Assembly (NCBI GenBank): GCA_050951565.1
Contig: JBMNJH010000008.1
Location: 11,111-75,110, forward strand
DNA: 64,000 bases
Source of the DNA: Peptococcia bacterium
GTDB lineage: Bacteria > Bacillota > Peptococcia > DRI-13 > DTU073
Direction: 5' to 3'
Part shown: positions 16,508 through 26,280 of the stretch, in pieces
Layout of the letters: every line of letters starts with the position of its first letter
Position numbering within the stretch: position 1 is the first letter of the stretch
The notes under the pieces: generated by a model
Told to the model about the DNA's origin: nothing
Seen by the model: only the letters and a program-made list of their open reading frames with translations
Database searches by the model: none
Translations under genes and position numbers: made by a program

Positions 16508-17527
16508 TTACTTTCTTTCCAGCCAGCCTTTTTCCACCAGCAATTCGGCAATTTGCACTGCGTTCAACGCGGCCCCTTTCCGCAGATTATCCGCCACCAC
16601 CCACATATTCAGACCGTTAGACACCGTGAAGTCTTTTCTGAGCCGCCCGACAAAGACATCATCCGTGCCGGAACAATTAACGGCCAGCGGATAAAGCTTG
16701 TCTTGCACATCGTCGATCACTTTAACGCCCGGAGCGGTGGCAAGGATGTTTTTGATTTCCTCGATTTCCGGCAACGCTCGCTCGGTCTCGATGTTGATCG
16801 CTTCCGAATGACAATTCAAAACAGGTACCCTTGCGGCCGTAGGTGAAACCAGAATTTGGTCATCTTCAAAGATCTTCCTGGTTTCATTGACCATCTTCAT
16901 CTCTTCCTTGGTATAGCCATTATCCAGGAAGACATCAATGTGCGGCAGCACATTAAAGGCAATCTGATGCGGATAGACATTAACCTCGATTTCCTGCCCC
17001 TCCAGATAAGCTTTCGACTGATTCTGCAGTTCCTCAATGGCTTCCCGGCCGGTGCCGGAAACCGCCTGATAGGTGGAGACCACAATTCTCTTGATTTTAA
17101 ACAAATCATGCAAGGGCTTTAATGGCACCAACATCTGGGTCGTGGAGCAATTCGGATTGGCAATTAACCCCCGGTGGTTACGAGCCGCTTCGGGATTGAC
17201 CTCCGGGATAACCAGCGGAACCTCCGGATCCATCCGAAAGGCGCTGCTGTTGTCAATAACCACTGCTCCCTCCTGGCGGGCGAGCGGGGCCAATTGCTGG
17301 GCCGCCTCTCCTCCGGCTGCCATAAGCACTAAATCGACACCTTGAAACACCCCAGGACTCACTTTTTTTACCACATAGCTCTTGCCACGAAATTCAATCA
17401 CTTTGCCATCACGGCTTCTTACCAAGGGGACTAATTCAGAAACCGGCACACGGGACTTTTCCAGGATTTTGACCATTTCCGTCCCCACTGCGCCCATTCC
17501 TACAACGGCCACTTTATACTCTTTCAT
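16508..17527 (-). CDS. asd: Aspartate-semialdehyde dehydrogenase
   Basis: 339 aa. N-terminal VAVVGMGAVG Rossmann motif and active-site NPNCSTTQM. SD AAGGAG. Confidence 0.92.
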   Translation of the reverse strand: MKEYKVAVVGMGAVGTEMVKILEKSRVPVSELVPLVRSRDGKVIEFRGKSYVVKKVSPGVFQGVDLVLMAAGGEAAQQLAPLARQEGAVVIDNSSAFRMDPEVPLVIPEVNPEAARNHRGLIANPNCSTTQMLVPLKPLHDLFKIKRIVVSTYQAVSGTGREAIEELQNQSKAYLEGQEIEVNVYPHQIAFNVLPHIDVFLDNGYTKEEMKMVNETRKIFEDDQILVSPTAARVPVLNCHSEAINIETERALPEIEEIKNILATAPGVKVIDDVQDKLYPLAVNCSGTDDVFVGRLRKDFTVSNGLNMWVVADNLRKGAALNAVQIAELLVEKGWLERK

Positions 17528-17792
17528 TACCTTCAGCTCCTTGTTACATAAAACTCGCTAGTTTTGCTTACTGCAATTTTAATTATTATATTTACTCCTG
17601 ACCCCTTTGTCAATGGTCTTTTCGGGACAATTTTCAGACAACTTCTACATTCTTTCTTCTTGCATAAATTGTTATCTGGATTTATAATATAATTAGGGAA
17701 TATTCTGTATAATTTTCTTGTCTGCTAAGTGCTAACCTTGTTTGCTTGCACCTCCGCTTAATCGGGAAACTGACAGTAAGGGGGGGGAAAAA

Positions 17793-19298
17793 ATGAATAA
17801 AAGGTGGATATGGGTCATTTTGTTCGCGGTGGTTTTATTCCTCTTGGTCCCGATGACAGTATGGGGAGCAACCTTGTATGTAGGACCCGGCCAAACCTAC
17901 AACGGCACCACCCAGGACGTAATTAACCAAGCAATTCAAGACGCTAACGCCGGAGATACGGTGTATCTTCGGGCAGCCACCTATAACATCACCGGTCCAA
18001 TAATCTTAAAAAGCGGGATCACCCTGCGCGGGGACGGCGGTAAAACGGTAATCCATGCGGCAGGAGATAATGTATGTAATAACCCCAGTAGCGAAACCGG
18101 CAGTGCGTATGTAATCGGAAACGATGTCTCCAATGTGACCATCTGCAACCTGCGCTTTACCAGTACGGCCGATGAAAAAAATGACGGTGGGCACGGAGAC
18201 GGACGAAATTGTATCCAATTCCGCAGAGCCCAAAATTGTGAAGTGTACAACGTCATCTTCTCCAGATGGTTGTTCAATGACGGCGTCCGCGTAAGCAAAT
18301 CCAACGGGATTAGCGTCCATGATTGCGAAATCAATGCCGGCCATGACGGGATTTGTTTTTACGCCTCACAAAACTGTAAAGCTTATAACAACCAAATCTC
18401 CGTGCAAATAAACAACGGTATTCGGGCCAATGGTTCCAGTAACGTCGAAATCCATAATAACAATTTCACCAGCAGATCTGACCTCGGTGGCTGGTGCTGT
18501 GTCCAGATTCAGGGAAATGCCAGAAACGTGAACATCCATCATAATATCTTTTATGATACGGCCGGAAAAATCGGAGTCGCACCTTATGACTTCTCCGGCT
18601 CCAATATCCAGGTTCATGACAATGTCTTCTGGAATTGCGTGACACCGATCCAAGTCGGGTCTGGCTCCAATAACATTGTCAATCCGTCCGATCGAAATTT
18701 AGGCAACTGGGTCCAGCAAGGGTACGGCAGAAGCATTAATAATAGTAATATCCCTGCTCCTTCGGGCAACAATACTCCTGTCCAAAATGGAAAACAGCAA
18801 CAACAACAGCAACAACAACCAACAACCCAGCCCCGTTCTAATCCATCTTCCCAGTCCCGTTCCAATCCTTCTTCTCAACCCAGTTCCAATAATAGTAATC
18901 TTCCCAATTATTATTATCCTCGTTCGAATTATAGCCCTAATTACAATTATAGTCCTAATTACAATTATAGTCCCAATTCCGGCTCTCCTTCCAACTCAAA
19001 TTATGACTATAACTATTATTACTATCCTCGTTCCAGTTCAAACAATAATAATAACTATTATTACTATCCTCGTTCCAGTTCAAATAATAATAATAACTAT
19101 TATTACAGTCCTCGTTCCAGTTCAAATAATAATAACAGCCCTCGTTCCGGTAATAGTTCCCGGCCTAGCAGTTCACGCCCGAATAATAATAACCGTTCCG
19201 GCCAGACTTATATTATTGCTCCCGGTATTGGTCCTAATTCCGACGTTATCATCCCCAATCTCAGCTATGAAGACCTTTTCGGACGCTTTGCTCGTTAA
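17793..19298 (+). CDS. Secreted right-handed beta-helix (PbH1/pectate-lyase-like fold) protein with N/Y/S/P-rich C-terminal tail
   Basis: Start moved to MNKRWIWVILFAVVLFLLVPMTVWG (signal peptide) after AAGGGGGGGG. Repeated N/D-G-I/V-x-V motifs (NDGVRVS, HDGICFY, NNGIRANG) typical of parallel beta-helix repeats. Confidence 0.7.
   Translation: MNKRWIWVILFAVVLFLLVPMTVWGATLYVGPGQTYNGTTQDVINQAIQDANAGDTVYLRAATYNITGPIILKSGITLRGDGGKTVIHAAGDNVCNNPSSETGSAYVIGNDVSNVTICNLRFTSTADEKNDGGHGDGRNCIQFRRAQNCEVYNVIFSRWLFNDGVRVSKSNGISVHDCEINAGHDGICFYASQNCKAYNNQISVQINNGIRANGSSNVEIHNNNFTSRSDLGGWCCVQIQGNARNVNIHHNIFYDTAGKIGVAPYDFSGSNIQVHDNVFWNCVTPIQVGSGSNNIVNPSDRNLGNWVQQGYGRSINNSNIPAPSGNNTPVQNGKQQQQQQQQPTTQPRSNPSSQSRSNPSSQPSSNNSNLPNYYYPRSNYSPNYNYSPNYNYSPNSGSPSNSNYDYNYYYYPRSSSNNNNNYYYYPRSSSNNNNNYYYSPRSSSNNNNSPRSGNSSRPSSSRPNNNNRSGQTYIIAPGIGPNSDVIIPNLSYEDLFGRFAR
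18790..19200 (+). repeat. Low-complexity coding repeats (Q8, SNPSSQ x2, NY(N/S)P x3, NYYYYPRSSSNNNNN x about 2.5)
   Basis: Read directly from the protein tail and from the 45-nt nucleotide repeats around 19010-19130. Confidence 0.85.
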
Positions 19299-19325
19299 GC
19301 TCTCAAGCAAATACCTAGTTCACCA

Positions 19326-19366
19326 GGGGCTTGTGTGAAACTTGAATTCACACAGCCCCTTTTTTG
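19326..19366 (+). terminator. Rho-independent terminator
   Basis: GGGGCTTGTGTGAA-(loop)-TTCACACAGCCCC followed by TTTTTTG. Confidence 0.8.
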
Positions 19367-19481
19367 TGCCCAGGGGGTCTTTCCGCGATGCCGGAAAAAG
19401 TAAAAAGAGAGAACTGGTCGTCATCTGCCGAGTTGTGATAAAATTAAACGCAGATCCGTTTTTTGTGAGGAGGCTATTGTC

Positions 19482-21512
19482 TTGAAAAATACTCGCTTTA
19501 TGATCACCCTCTTTTTACTGTTCTTCCTGGGCATTCTTTTGCCGGCACCGGCTGTGGCCGCGTCAACGGCAGCGCAAAGTGTGGTAGCCCCCGTTAGCTC
19601 AAACACAGTCACCGTACCTGCGGAGAGCAGGTTCCCCGAGGTCTTTCCGCAAGCGATTTTCCCGCTGGCCAAAACCAGCCTGGAGTTACATGAAGAAAGA
19701 ATCACCCTGGATTGGTCGGAACTCAGCACAACCGTCCAAGGTGCTTATAAAATCGTCAACCCCGAGGAAAAAAAGGTCAAGGTTAAGCTCGGGCTGCCCA
19801 ACATTACCTCAGCTTTAGAAATATACTGCAATGAAGAAAAGAAGGAAAGCACCTTGGAACCCCGTTTAAACGCCCAAGTCTGGGAACTGCAACTGGAAGC
19901 AAAAGCGGAAATCAACCTGCATCTTATCTACACCATCGAAAACAGCGTGGACGAAGCAGGAATCATGAAAACAGGATACCGCTTTAATCCTGAAAAATCT
20001 GCGTTCTGGGGAAATACAAGTTCTCCTTCCTTTTCCCTTACTCTAAACTTTAAAGACACCCATCCCGGGCAAATCCTCAAGCTTGTTCCCTACAGCTTTC
20101 AATTTAAAAGGAATTCCCTGGTTTGGGAGCAAGCCGCCAACGCGGAGAAAAAAGACATCCTGATTTTGGCCAGCCTCCAGGAAGAAATGAAGTCCTGGCA
20201 AAAGCTCCTTTCTCCCGGCGAAAAAGCCCAACTCCAGGAACTAACGGCCCTGGGCGGCTATAAAACGGCCGCGGAAATCCTGGAGAAAAAGGCCCGCGAA
20301 GTAAAGAACAAACATGACAAGCGCCTGTTAAAGCTGGGACAAGCCTATTATCTAACCAAAACAAATTACCAGCAAAAAGCCCTCTCCATCTTCGAGGAAC
20401 TCGTCGACAGCGAGGAGGCGTATCCCCGGGCGTACTGGGAACTGGGGAAAAGCCTGGCTCAGCATCCCGGCAAACTGGAAGATTTATTGGAAAAAGTACG
20501 CGAACACGAAGTGCATGCACTCTTGCAACCATGGCTCCTCGCCCAACTGCCCGATGGAGAAAGGGAGTCCTCCGCCCCGCAAATTATCATCAAATATACC
20601 GATACCAATATGAACAAGAAGGGAATTACGATCAAAGGCCACCTGACGGACCCTGATGGTGACATTGACCAGGTTACGCTCCACTACCACTGGGAAGGCG
20701 AAAGAACCGAAGAAATGGCACTACAGGCCCAGCAATTTTACTATGAATACGAACCGGTCTTTTTTGTCCCCGCCCCCAGTCCTTTTAAACGCCTCTATTT
20801 TGAAATCAGCGCCGTGGATTTTAGCGGCAATAAGGTTACCACCGGAACAAAAGAGGCCTTCTACCTGACCGAGGATTTTCAAAGCGAAACCTTCGTCCTG
20901 GATGGGGCCAACCTGATCCTGGCGGATTACACGCCGCGGGAACAAAACAAGCTGTACGCCTGGTTCAAAAGCTATTTGAACATTGCCCAGGAAGTTGGCT
21001 TTGTGCCTATTGAAGCCAAAAGCCCCCTTTTCATCTTCATGGGCAAAAACTATGACTTCATTAAAGATTATCAGGGGGTCATTTTCATGCAGTACACTCC
21101 GGCTCCCTTTTCCCCCAAACAGGCCCGGATTGCCGTCCACCGCCATTTTTTAAGTTACTGGTATGGCGCAGGCTGGAACTACCTCCCTGAAAAGGAGATC
21201 GCCAAATTTGGCGATGCCTTGTTATTGGGTAAAAACTGGTACTATTATGTTTTTAAATACCTCCAGCAAAAAGATTACCATCGATTTGCCCAATTATTAT
21301 GTAAAATCGGAGAAGGCCAAAACTGGCGCCAGGCGTTAATGCACAGTTATGGACTAAGCCCCCTTCAATTGTACCTGTTTACAGGATGGCACACTGTGGG
21401 GTCCTATGTCCTCGCTTTGATTATCATCATCGGTTTTGCCTGGCTGGGGAAACACGGTTATATTACTAAATTCGTGCGGAAAGTGAAAAACACCAATTTT
21501 TCTCAGAAATAA
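19482..21512 (+). CDS. Secreted/membrane-anchored hypothetical protein (signal peptide, TPR-like middle, C-terminal TM helix)
   Basis: 676 aa. TTG start after GTGAGGAGG. N-terminal LLFFLGILLPAPAVAAS and C-terminal VGSYVLALIIIIGFAWL. No catalytic motif recognised. Confidence 0.6.
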   Translation: MKNTRFMITLFLLFFLGILLPAPAVAASTAAQSVVAPVSSNTVTVPAESRFPEVFPQAIFPLAKTSLELHEERITLDWSELSTTVQGAYKIVNPEEKKVKVKLGLPNITSALEIYCNEEKKESTLEPRLNAQVWELQLEAKAEINLHLIYTIENSVDEAGIMKTGYRFNPEKSAFWGNTSSPSFSLTLNFKDTHPGQILKLVPYSFQFKRNSLVWEQAANAEKKDILILASLQEEMKSWQKLLSPGEKAQLQELTALGGYKTAAEILEKKAREVKNKHDKRLLKLGQAYYLTKTNYQQKALSIFEELVDSEEAYPRAYWELGKSLAQHPGKLEDLLEKVREHEVHALLQPWLLAQLPDGERESSAPQIIIKYTDTNMNKKGITIKGHLTDPDGDIDQVTLHYHWEGERTEEMALQAQQFYYEYEPVFFVPAPSPFKRLYFEISAVDFSGNKVTTGTKEAFYLTEDFQSETFVLDGANLILADYTPREQNKLYAWFKSYLNIAQEVGFVPIEAKSPLFIFMGKNYDFIKDYQGVIFMQYTPAPFSPKQARIAVHRHFLSYWYGAGWNYLPEKEIAKFGDALLLGKNWYYYVFKYLQQKDYHRFAQLLCKIGEGQNWRQALMHSYGLSPLQLYLFTGWHTVGSYVLALIIIIGFAWLGKHGYITKFVRKVKNTNFSQK

Positions 21513-21588
21513 ACACAAAAAGTAGCAGGATTTATAAAATCAATGTCGAAGTATTGCTAGTGGCAAACAGGTATCAAGGAGGTATATA

Positions 21589-22746
21589 GTGGTGAAATAT
21601 TCTAACAACTTTTCTTGGCTCAAAGTAACAACGATTACCACCTGTTTCTTTATAACCACCAGCCTTTTTCCTCTTTCCCCGCTCTATGGAACGGAGTTAG
21701 ATTTAAAAAAACAACAGGAAATGCTGAGTCAGCAGATTAAACAGAACCAGAGCCTGCTTCAATCGAAGAAAAATGAAGAAAATAAAACCTATTTGGAATT
21801 AAAGGCCATTAATAATACTTTAAGTAAAACCTCCCGGCAGTTAAAAAGTACCGAATCCCAGCTCTATAACCTCCAGCGGGAATTAATTGCCCTGGAACAA
21901 GAGCTGGCCAAGGAATCCGAAACACTGGAAAACTGCAAGGAAACCCTCGAAGAGCGGCTGATCGCCATATATCAGCAGGGGGACGTACATATTCTGGAGG
22001 TTCTGTTCGGCTCCACAACTATTACCGACTTTTTAACCCGTTGGGATCTGTTAAGCCGCCTTACGGAAAACAACAAAAACCTGATCTGTGAAACCCAGGC
22101 GAAAGTTACCTCGATTCAAGAAAAACAAAAAGCGATCGAGGAGAAAAAGCAGGCTTTAGCCACTTTAAAAGAGCACCAAAATGCCCAAAAACGCGAATTA
22201 GCCGTCGCCAGTTCACGTCAGCAAAAATTGTATTCCTCGGTTAAATCCGAAAGAGCCAAACTGGAGCAGGCCTTAAACGAACTGGAGGAACAATCGCGAA
22301 AGATTGCCGAAGAAATCCGGCGCAAAACTCAGGGCACTACCGGACAATCCTTAGGAACAGGAACCTTTACCTGGCCGGCGCCCGGCTATAAACGGATTAC
22401 CTCTCAATATGGTATGCGCTATCATCCCATTCTTAAGAAAAGAAAGTTGCATACGGGAATGGACATCGGCGCTCCCAAAGGCGCGAACATCGTGGCCGCG
22501 GACAGTGGTACCGTGATTCAGGTGGGCTGGAACGGCGGTTACGGCAATACAGTGATGATTAACCACGGTAATAACAAGGTTACTCTTTACGCCCACTGCT
22601 CTGCCACTCTGGTCAGCGTAGGCCAAACCGTCCAAAAGGGTGACGTGATCGCCAAAGTAGGCAGCACAGGCTGGAGTACCGGTCCTCACCTCCATTTTGA
22701 AGTAAGAATAAACGGAGAACCGGTTAATCCAACTAAATATCTCTAA
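21589..22746 (+). CDS. M23 family metallopeptidase with N-terminal coiled coil (EnvC-like)
   Basis: 385 aa. HTGMDIGAP, NHGNNKVTLYAH and GPHLHFEV motifs, with a long Q/E/K/L coiled-coil segment. Confidence 0.88.
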   Translation: MVKYSNNFSWLKVTTITTCFFITTSLFPLSPLYGTELDLKKQQEMLSQQIKQNQSLLQSKKNEENKTYLELKAINNTLSKTSRQLKSTESQLYNLQRELIALEQELAKESETLENCKETLEERLIAIYQQGDVHILEVLFGSTTITDFLTRWDLLSRLTENNKNLICETQAKVTSIQEKQKAIEEKKQALATLKEHQNAQKRELAVASSRQQKLYSSVKSERAKLEQALNELEEQSRKIAEEIRRKTQGTTGQSLGTGTFTWPAPGYKRITSQYGMRYHPILKKRKLHTGMDIGAPKGANIVAADSGTVIQVGWNGGYGNTVMINHGNNKVTLYAHCSATLVSVGQTVQKGDVIAKVGSTGWSTGPHLHFEVRINGEPVNPTKYL

Positions 22747-22797
22747 TGGTTTTTCGTTACTAAATACAAATACAACATATGCCGGACTTGCCTGTTA

Positions 22798-22845
22798 AAG
22801 AAGCTTTCATCAAGCGTTACTTGAAGAAAGCTTCTTTTGTTTTTC
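22798..22845 (+). terminator. Rho-independent terminator
   Basis: AAGAAGCTTTC-(loop)-GAAAGCTTCTT followed by TTGTTTTT. Confidence 0.7.
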
Positions 22846-22862
22846 CTGCTCTCCCCTTTTTC

Positions 22863-22920
22863 TTGCATAAACAAAGCGGGCTGGGATATAATATAAGATG
22901 CAAATGCTAATCTTTTGCAT
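22863..22920 (+). promoter_or_regulatory. znu promoter (TTGCAT-18-TATAAT) with downstream inverted repeat ATGCAAA-N9-TTTGCAT (candidate Zur operator)
   Basis: Read directly upstream of the AGGAGG-ATG of znuA. The repeat sits at the expected transcription start. Confidence 0.45.
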
Positions 22921-22935
22921 TTAGGAGGAACAAAC

Positions 22936-24012
22936 ATGCTGTCCGTAAGAAAACTACTTTTTGTCTTAATCCTGCTTGCGTTTTTCGGCACCGCCCTTTT
23001 TTTGCTTTCCGGATGCCAAACCGACCAGGCCACACCTCCTTCTCCTTCTATGGCTGCCTCTCCGCAAGCTGTTGTTTATACCAGCATTTACCCGCTTTTC
23101 GACTTTACTCAAAAAATTGGCGGCGACAAAGTGACCGTATTGAATATTACTCCCGCCGACAGTGACCCCCACTCTTTTGAACCTTCCAGCAAGTTAATCG
23201 CCGACCTGAGCAAAGCCTCGCTCTTTCTTTATCATGGTGCCGGGATGGAGCCCTACCTGGAAAAACTGCAGGCTACCCTCCAAAGGAGCCCCTTACTGAT
23301 GATCGAAGCCAGCCGCGGCATCTCCCTGATCAAGCATGAGCATCCCAAGGATGAGCAAGCCCACGAAACGCACCGGTCCGGCGAAACAGGCTCCAACAAA
23401 ACTGACTCCCACGAAAAAGCCACGCACCAGGCAGTGCCACAACAGCATGGGGATAGTTCAACCCACAAAACGCACCGGCACGCCCAAACCGACCCGCATA
23501 CCTGGCTTAGTCCCCTTTGCGCGCAAGAGCTCTGCCACAATATCCTGCAGGCGCTGATCCAGATCGCCCCTGAGCATGAAGCCTCTTTTGCGGCAAACTA
23601 CCAAAAGCTGGAGCAGCAATTACAGGAACTGCACCGGGATTACCAAAGGGTTCTTGCCGCCTGTCCCCGCAAAGAGATCGTGGTTACCCACGAGGCCTTT
23701 GGTTACCTTTGCCGGGAATACGGCTTAACGCAAGTTCCGATGATGGGCTTAAGCGCCGAAGCCGAACCGACACCGGGCACCCTCAAGGAAATTATCAACT
23801 TCGTCCGTAAACACAAGATCAAATATATCTTCTTTGAGTCTCTCTATAGTCCCAAAGTCGCCGAAACCATCACCCGGGAAACCAACACAAAGCTGCTCCC
23901 GCTTAATCCTTTGGGCAGCCTGACCGAAGAAGCCGTCGCCAACGGTGAAGACTACTTCAGCGTGATGCGCCAAAACCTCCAAAATCTGAAGCTGGCCCTG
24001 GAGGAGAAGTAA
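22936..24012 (+). CDS. znuA: Zinc ABC transporter substrate-binding lipoprotein with His-rich loop
   Basis: Start moved to MLSVRKLLFVLILLAFFGTALFLLSGC (lipobox) after AGGAGG. His/Asp/Glu-rich insert HEHPKDEQAHETHRSGE...HKTHRHAQTDPHTW typical of ZnuA/AdcA. Confidence 0.85.
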   Translation: MLSVRKLLFVLILLAFFGTALFLLSGCQTDQATPPSPSMAASPQAVVYTSIYPLFDFTQKIGGDKVTVLNITPADSDPHSFEPSSKLIADLSKASLFLYHGAGMEPYLEKLQATLQRSPLLMIEASRGISLIKHEHPKDEQAHETHRSGETGSNKTDSHEKATHQAVPQQHGDSSTHKTHRHAQTDPHTWLSPLCAQELCHNILQALIQIAPEHEASFAANYQKLEQQLQELHRDYQRVLAACPRKEIVVTHEAFGYLCREYGLTQVPMMGLSAEAEPTPGTLKEIINFVRKHKIKYIFFESLYSPKVAETITRETNTKLLPLNPLGSLTEEAVANGEDYFSVMRQNLQNLKLALEEK

Positions 24013-24013
24013 C

Positions 24014-24712
24014 ATGAAGAACATAAACGCAACTCTCCGGACCAAGGAAACACCGGAACAAAAAAAGCCCATCCTTCGGCTGGCGGAAATCTCCTTTGCC
24101 TATCCCGGGCAACCAGCAATCTTAGAGCAGATTAGTTTGACCGTTTGCAAAAATGATTTTCTGGTTATCAGTGGCCCCAACGGCTCAGGGAAAACCACCC
24201 TGTTAAAAATCATCCTGGGTTTGCTGAAAGCCCAAAAAGGAACGGCACAGATCGGCGGCGGGTTGCCCCCAAAGCCCGTGATCGGCTACCTGCCGCAAAA
24301 AGCCCATATCAACTCCGGTTTCCCGGCCACGGTTTGGGAAGTGCTTACGCTTGCCGCACGACAACGGAAAAACAAGGCCCAGGCGTGGGAAACCATGGTA
24401 CGGGTAGGTCTTCTGACCAAAAAAGACGCCCTCTTAGGAACCCTTTCCGGCGGGCAATTACAGCGGGTCTTTTTAGCGCGGGCCCTGTTAAATAAGCCGG
24501 AAATCATTATTTTGGACGAACCGGCCAACAATCTGGACAACCGGGGCAAACAGGAACTGTATCAACTGCTCGCCGCCTTACATCAAGAAGGGTTAACCAT
24601 CATCGCGGTTACCCATGACCTGGCCGCTTTGCGGCCCTACGCCTCACGCCTTCTTTTAATGGCCAACAAAAAAGTTACCGAAATCCCCCCGGAAAAATGG
24701 AAAGTGGTGTGA
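24014..24712 (+). CDS. znuC: Zinc ABC transporter ATP-binding protein
   Basis: Walker A GPNGSGKTT, signature LSGGQLQR, Walker B IIILDEP. Confidence 0.85.
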   Translation: MKNINATLRTKETPEQKKPILRLAEISFAYPGQPAILEQISLTVCKNDFLVISGPNGSGKTTLLKIILGLLKAQKGTAQIGGGLPPKPVIGYLPQKAHINSGFPATVWEVLTLAARQRKNKAQAWETMVRVGLLTKKDALLGTLSGGQLQRVFLARALLNKPEIIILDEPANNLDNRGKQELYQLLAALHQEGLTIIAVTHDLAALRPYASRLLLMANKKVTEIPPEKWKVV

Positions 24713-24717
24713 CCAAA

Positions 24718-25560
24718 ATGCCGGAAATCCTGCAATATGAATTTATGCAAAAAGCCTTTATCGTGGGTTTGTTTGTGGGCGTGTTATGCCCCACCATCGG
24801 GATGTTTCTTGTCCTGCGCCGGCTTTCGATGGTCGGGGACACCTTGTCCCATGTCTCGCTGACCGGAGTCCTGCTGGGACTGTTATGGAACATCAGCCCG
24901 CTTCCTTTTGCCCTTTTTTTCTCGCTCCTCACAGCGTTCCTGCTGGAAAAATTAAGAATGATCTACAAAAATTACGCTGAAATCTCCCTGGCCATTATCA
25001 TGTCCGCCGGGCTGGGCTTAGCCGTGATTCTGATGGGGATTGCCAATACCTCCGATACCGGACTTTCCAGCCTCCTTTTCGGCAGCATCTTAACACTCAC
25101 CAATCAGGATCTGCTGATCATCACGGTCTTAGCCTTCTTTTCCCTGCTGTTGCTTTGGGGATATTACCGCGAATTCTTCTTCCTGACCTTTGATGAAGAA
25201 GGGGCCCGCCTGGCCGGGATACCGGTGGAACGTTTTAACTATTTGCTGCTGTTTTTGACCGCGATGGTTATTGCGCTGGGGCTGAAAATTGTCGGAGCCT
25301 TACTCATTTCTTCGCTCTTAACCGTTCCCGTGGCGGCCGCTTTGCTACTTTCCCGCAGCTTCAGGCAAACGATGCTCTGGTCGGTTTGCTTCGGCCTGGC
25401 CTCGGTCGTCATCGGCCTTACCAGCTCTTTTTATTTCGACCTGGCCCCCGGCGGGACTATTGTGCTCACTTCGGTCATCATCCTTCTCGTGGTACTTCTC
25501 AGTACAAAAGTATACGATTTTTTCAGCAAAAAGGAGGTCAAGAGCACCGATGAACGATAA
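24718..25560 (+). CDS. znuB: Zinc/metal ABC transporter permease (ABC-3 family)
   Basis: Polytopic. MPEILQYEFMQKAF N-terminus typical of ZnuB/AdcB. The start could alternatively be 24697 as in the track. Confidence 0.8.
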   Translation: MPEILQYEFMQKAFIVGLFVGVLCPTIGMFLVLRRLSMVGDTLSHVSLTGVLLGLLWNISPLPFALFFSLLTAFLLEKLRMIYKNYAEISLAIIMSAGLGLAVILMGIANTSDTGLSSLLFGSILTLTNQDLLIITVLAFFSLLLLWGYYREFFFLTFDEEGARLAGIPVERFNYLLLFLTAMVIALGLKIVGALLISSLLTVPVAAALLLSRSFRQTMLWSVCFGLASVVIGLTSSFYFDLAPGGTIVLTSVIILLVVLLSTKVYDFFSKKEVKSTDER

Positions 25561-25990
25561 GCAACTCACCAAACTTTTACACGCCATGAAGGAAAAAGGG
25601 CTTAAATTTACGCCGGCCCGGGAAATCATGCTGAAAATATTTCTGCAAGCCGATGATAAACTCCTTAGTGCCGCCGATACTTTTGACCTGGTCCGCAAGG
25701 AAAACGCCAAAATCAATTTTTCCACGGTCTACAGGAACTTAGACACGCTGGTAACCAATCAACTCATTGAAAAAATTACTTGCCATGACGGCATCAGGTA
25801 CAAACTAATCAGTCAGAAACAGCACCATCATTTAATGATTTGCACCCATTGCCACAAAACGGAGCCTCTTCCCTTCTGCCCATACGGGGAACTGGAAGCC
25901 TTCATCAAAAACGGGACCGATTTTCTTCCGACCAACCACCATGTGGAAATATACGGCTACTGTAAAAATTGCCGTCAGGAGCTTAAGTAA
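25550..25990 (+). CDS. zur: Fur family transcriptional regulator (Zur-like)
   Basis: Start at MNDKQLTKLL after AAAGGAGG. Winged-helix N-terminus, HHH, CxxC...CxxC (CTHCHK, CKNC). Overlaps the znuB end by 11 nt. Confidence 0.8.
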   Translation: MNDKQLTKLLHAMKEKGLKFTPAREIMLKIFLQADDKLLSAADTFDLVRKENAKINFSTVYRNLDTLVTNQLIEKITCHDGIRYKLISQKQHHHLMICTHCHKTEPLPFCPYGELEAFIKNGTDFLPTNHHVEIYGYCKNCRQELK

Positions 25991-26019
25991 ACGCAAATTA
26001 TATAAATGTTCAGATGTTT

Positions 26020-26048
26020 AGCGCACTGCTGAGGGCGCTTTTTTATTT
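26020..26048 (+). terminator. Possible Rho-independent terminator after zur
   Basis: AGCGC-(10 nt)-GCGCT followed by TTTTTTATTTT. The stem is short. Confidence 0.4.
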
Positions 26049-26094
26049 TCCCGGGATGCTGCGTTTTTAAAGGACCGCATCAAATCAAGACAGG

Positions 26095-26280
26095 TCAATG
26101 CAGGAAAAAAAGTACAAAACTGGCATACAGCACAGCGAAAACCGCTAAGAAAGCCACCCCCCAGCCAGCCCTTTTATTCTTCCGGCGCAGAAGCCACCTG
26201 GCGTAAACCAAGGTATACAATCCCACGCAAAGGGCGACTAGCCACAATAAGAGATCGGAAAGCAGGACACTCATCATCAT
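26095..26280 (-). CDS. Small two-helix membrane protein, last gene of the ger operon
   Basis: 61 aa, two hydrophobic helices. The start overlaps the GerC-type stop (4-nt overlap). Confidence 0.5.
   Translation of the reverse strand: MMMSVLLSDLLLWLVALCVGLYTLVYARWLLRRKNKRAGWGVAFLAVFAVLYASFVLFFLH

Noticed and set aside
16323-17792. Riboswitch or T-box leaders upstream of asd, cysK (40975-41149), cobO and comA
   Set aside because: The leaders are short, and I saw none of the conserved cores (no T-box AGAGA/specifier architecture, no S-box, lysine or cobalamin motifs).
18614-19338. Track ORFs 18787..19338 (+) and 18614..18865 (-) overlapping the tail of the beta-helix gene
   Set aside because: They are low-complexity alternative-frame artefacts of the N/Y/S/Q-rich coding repeats.
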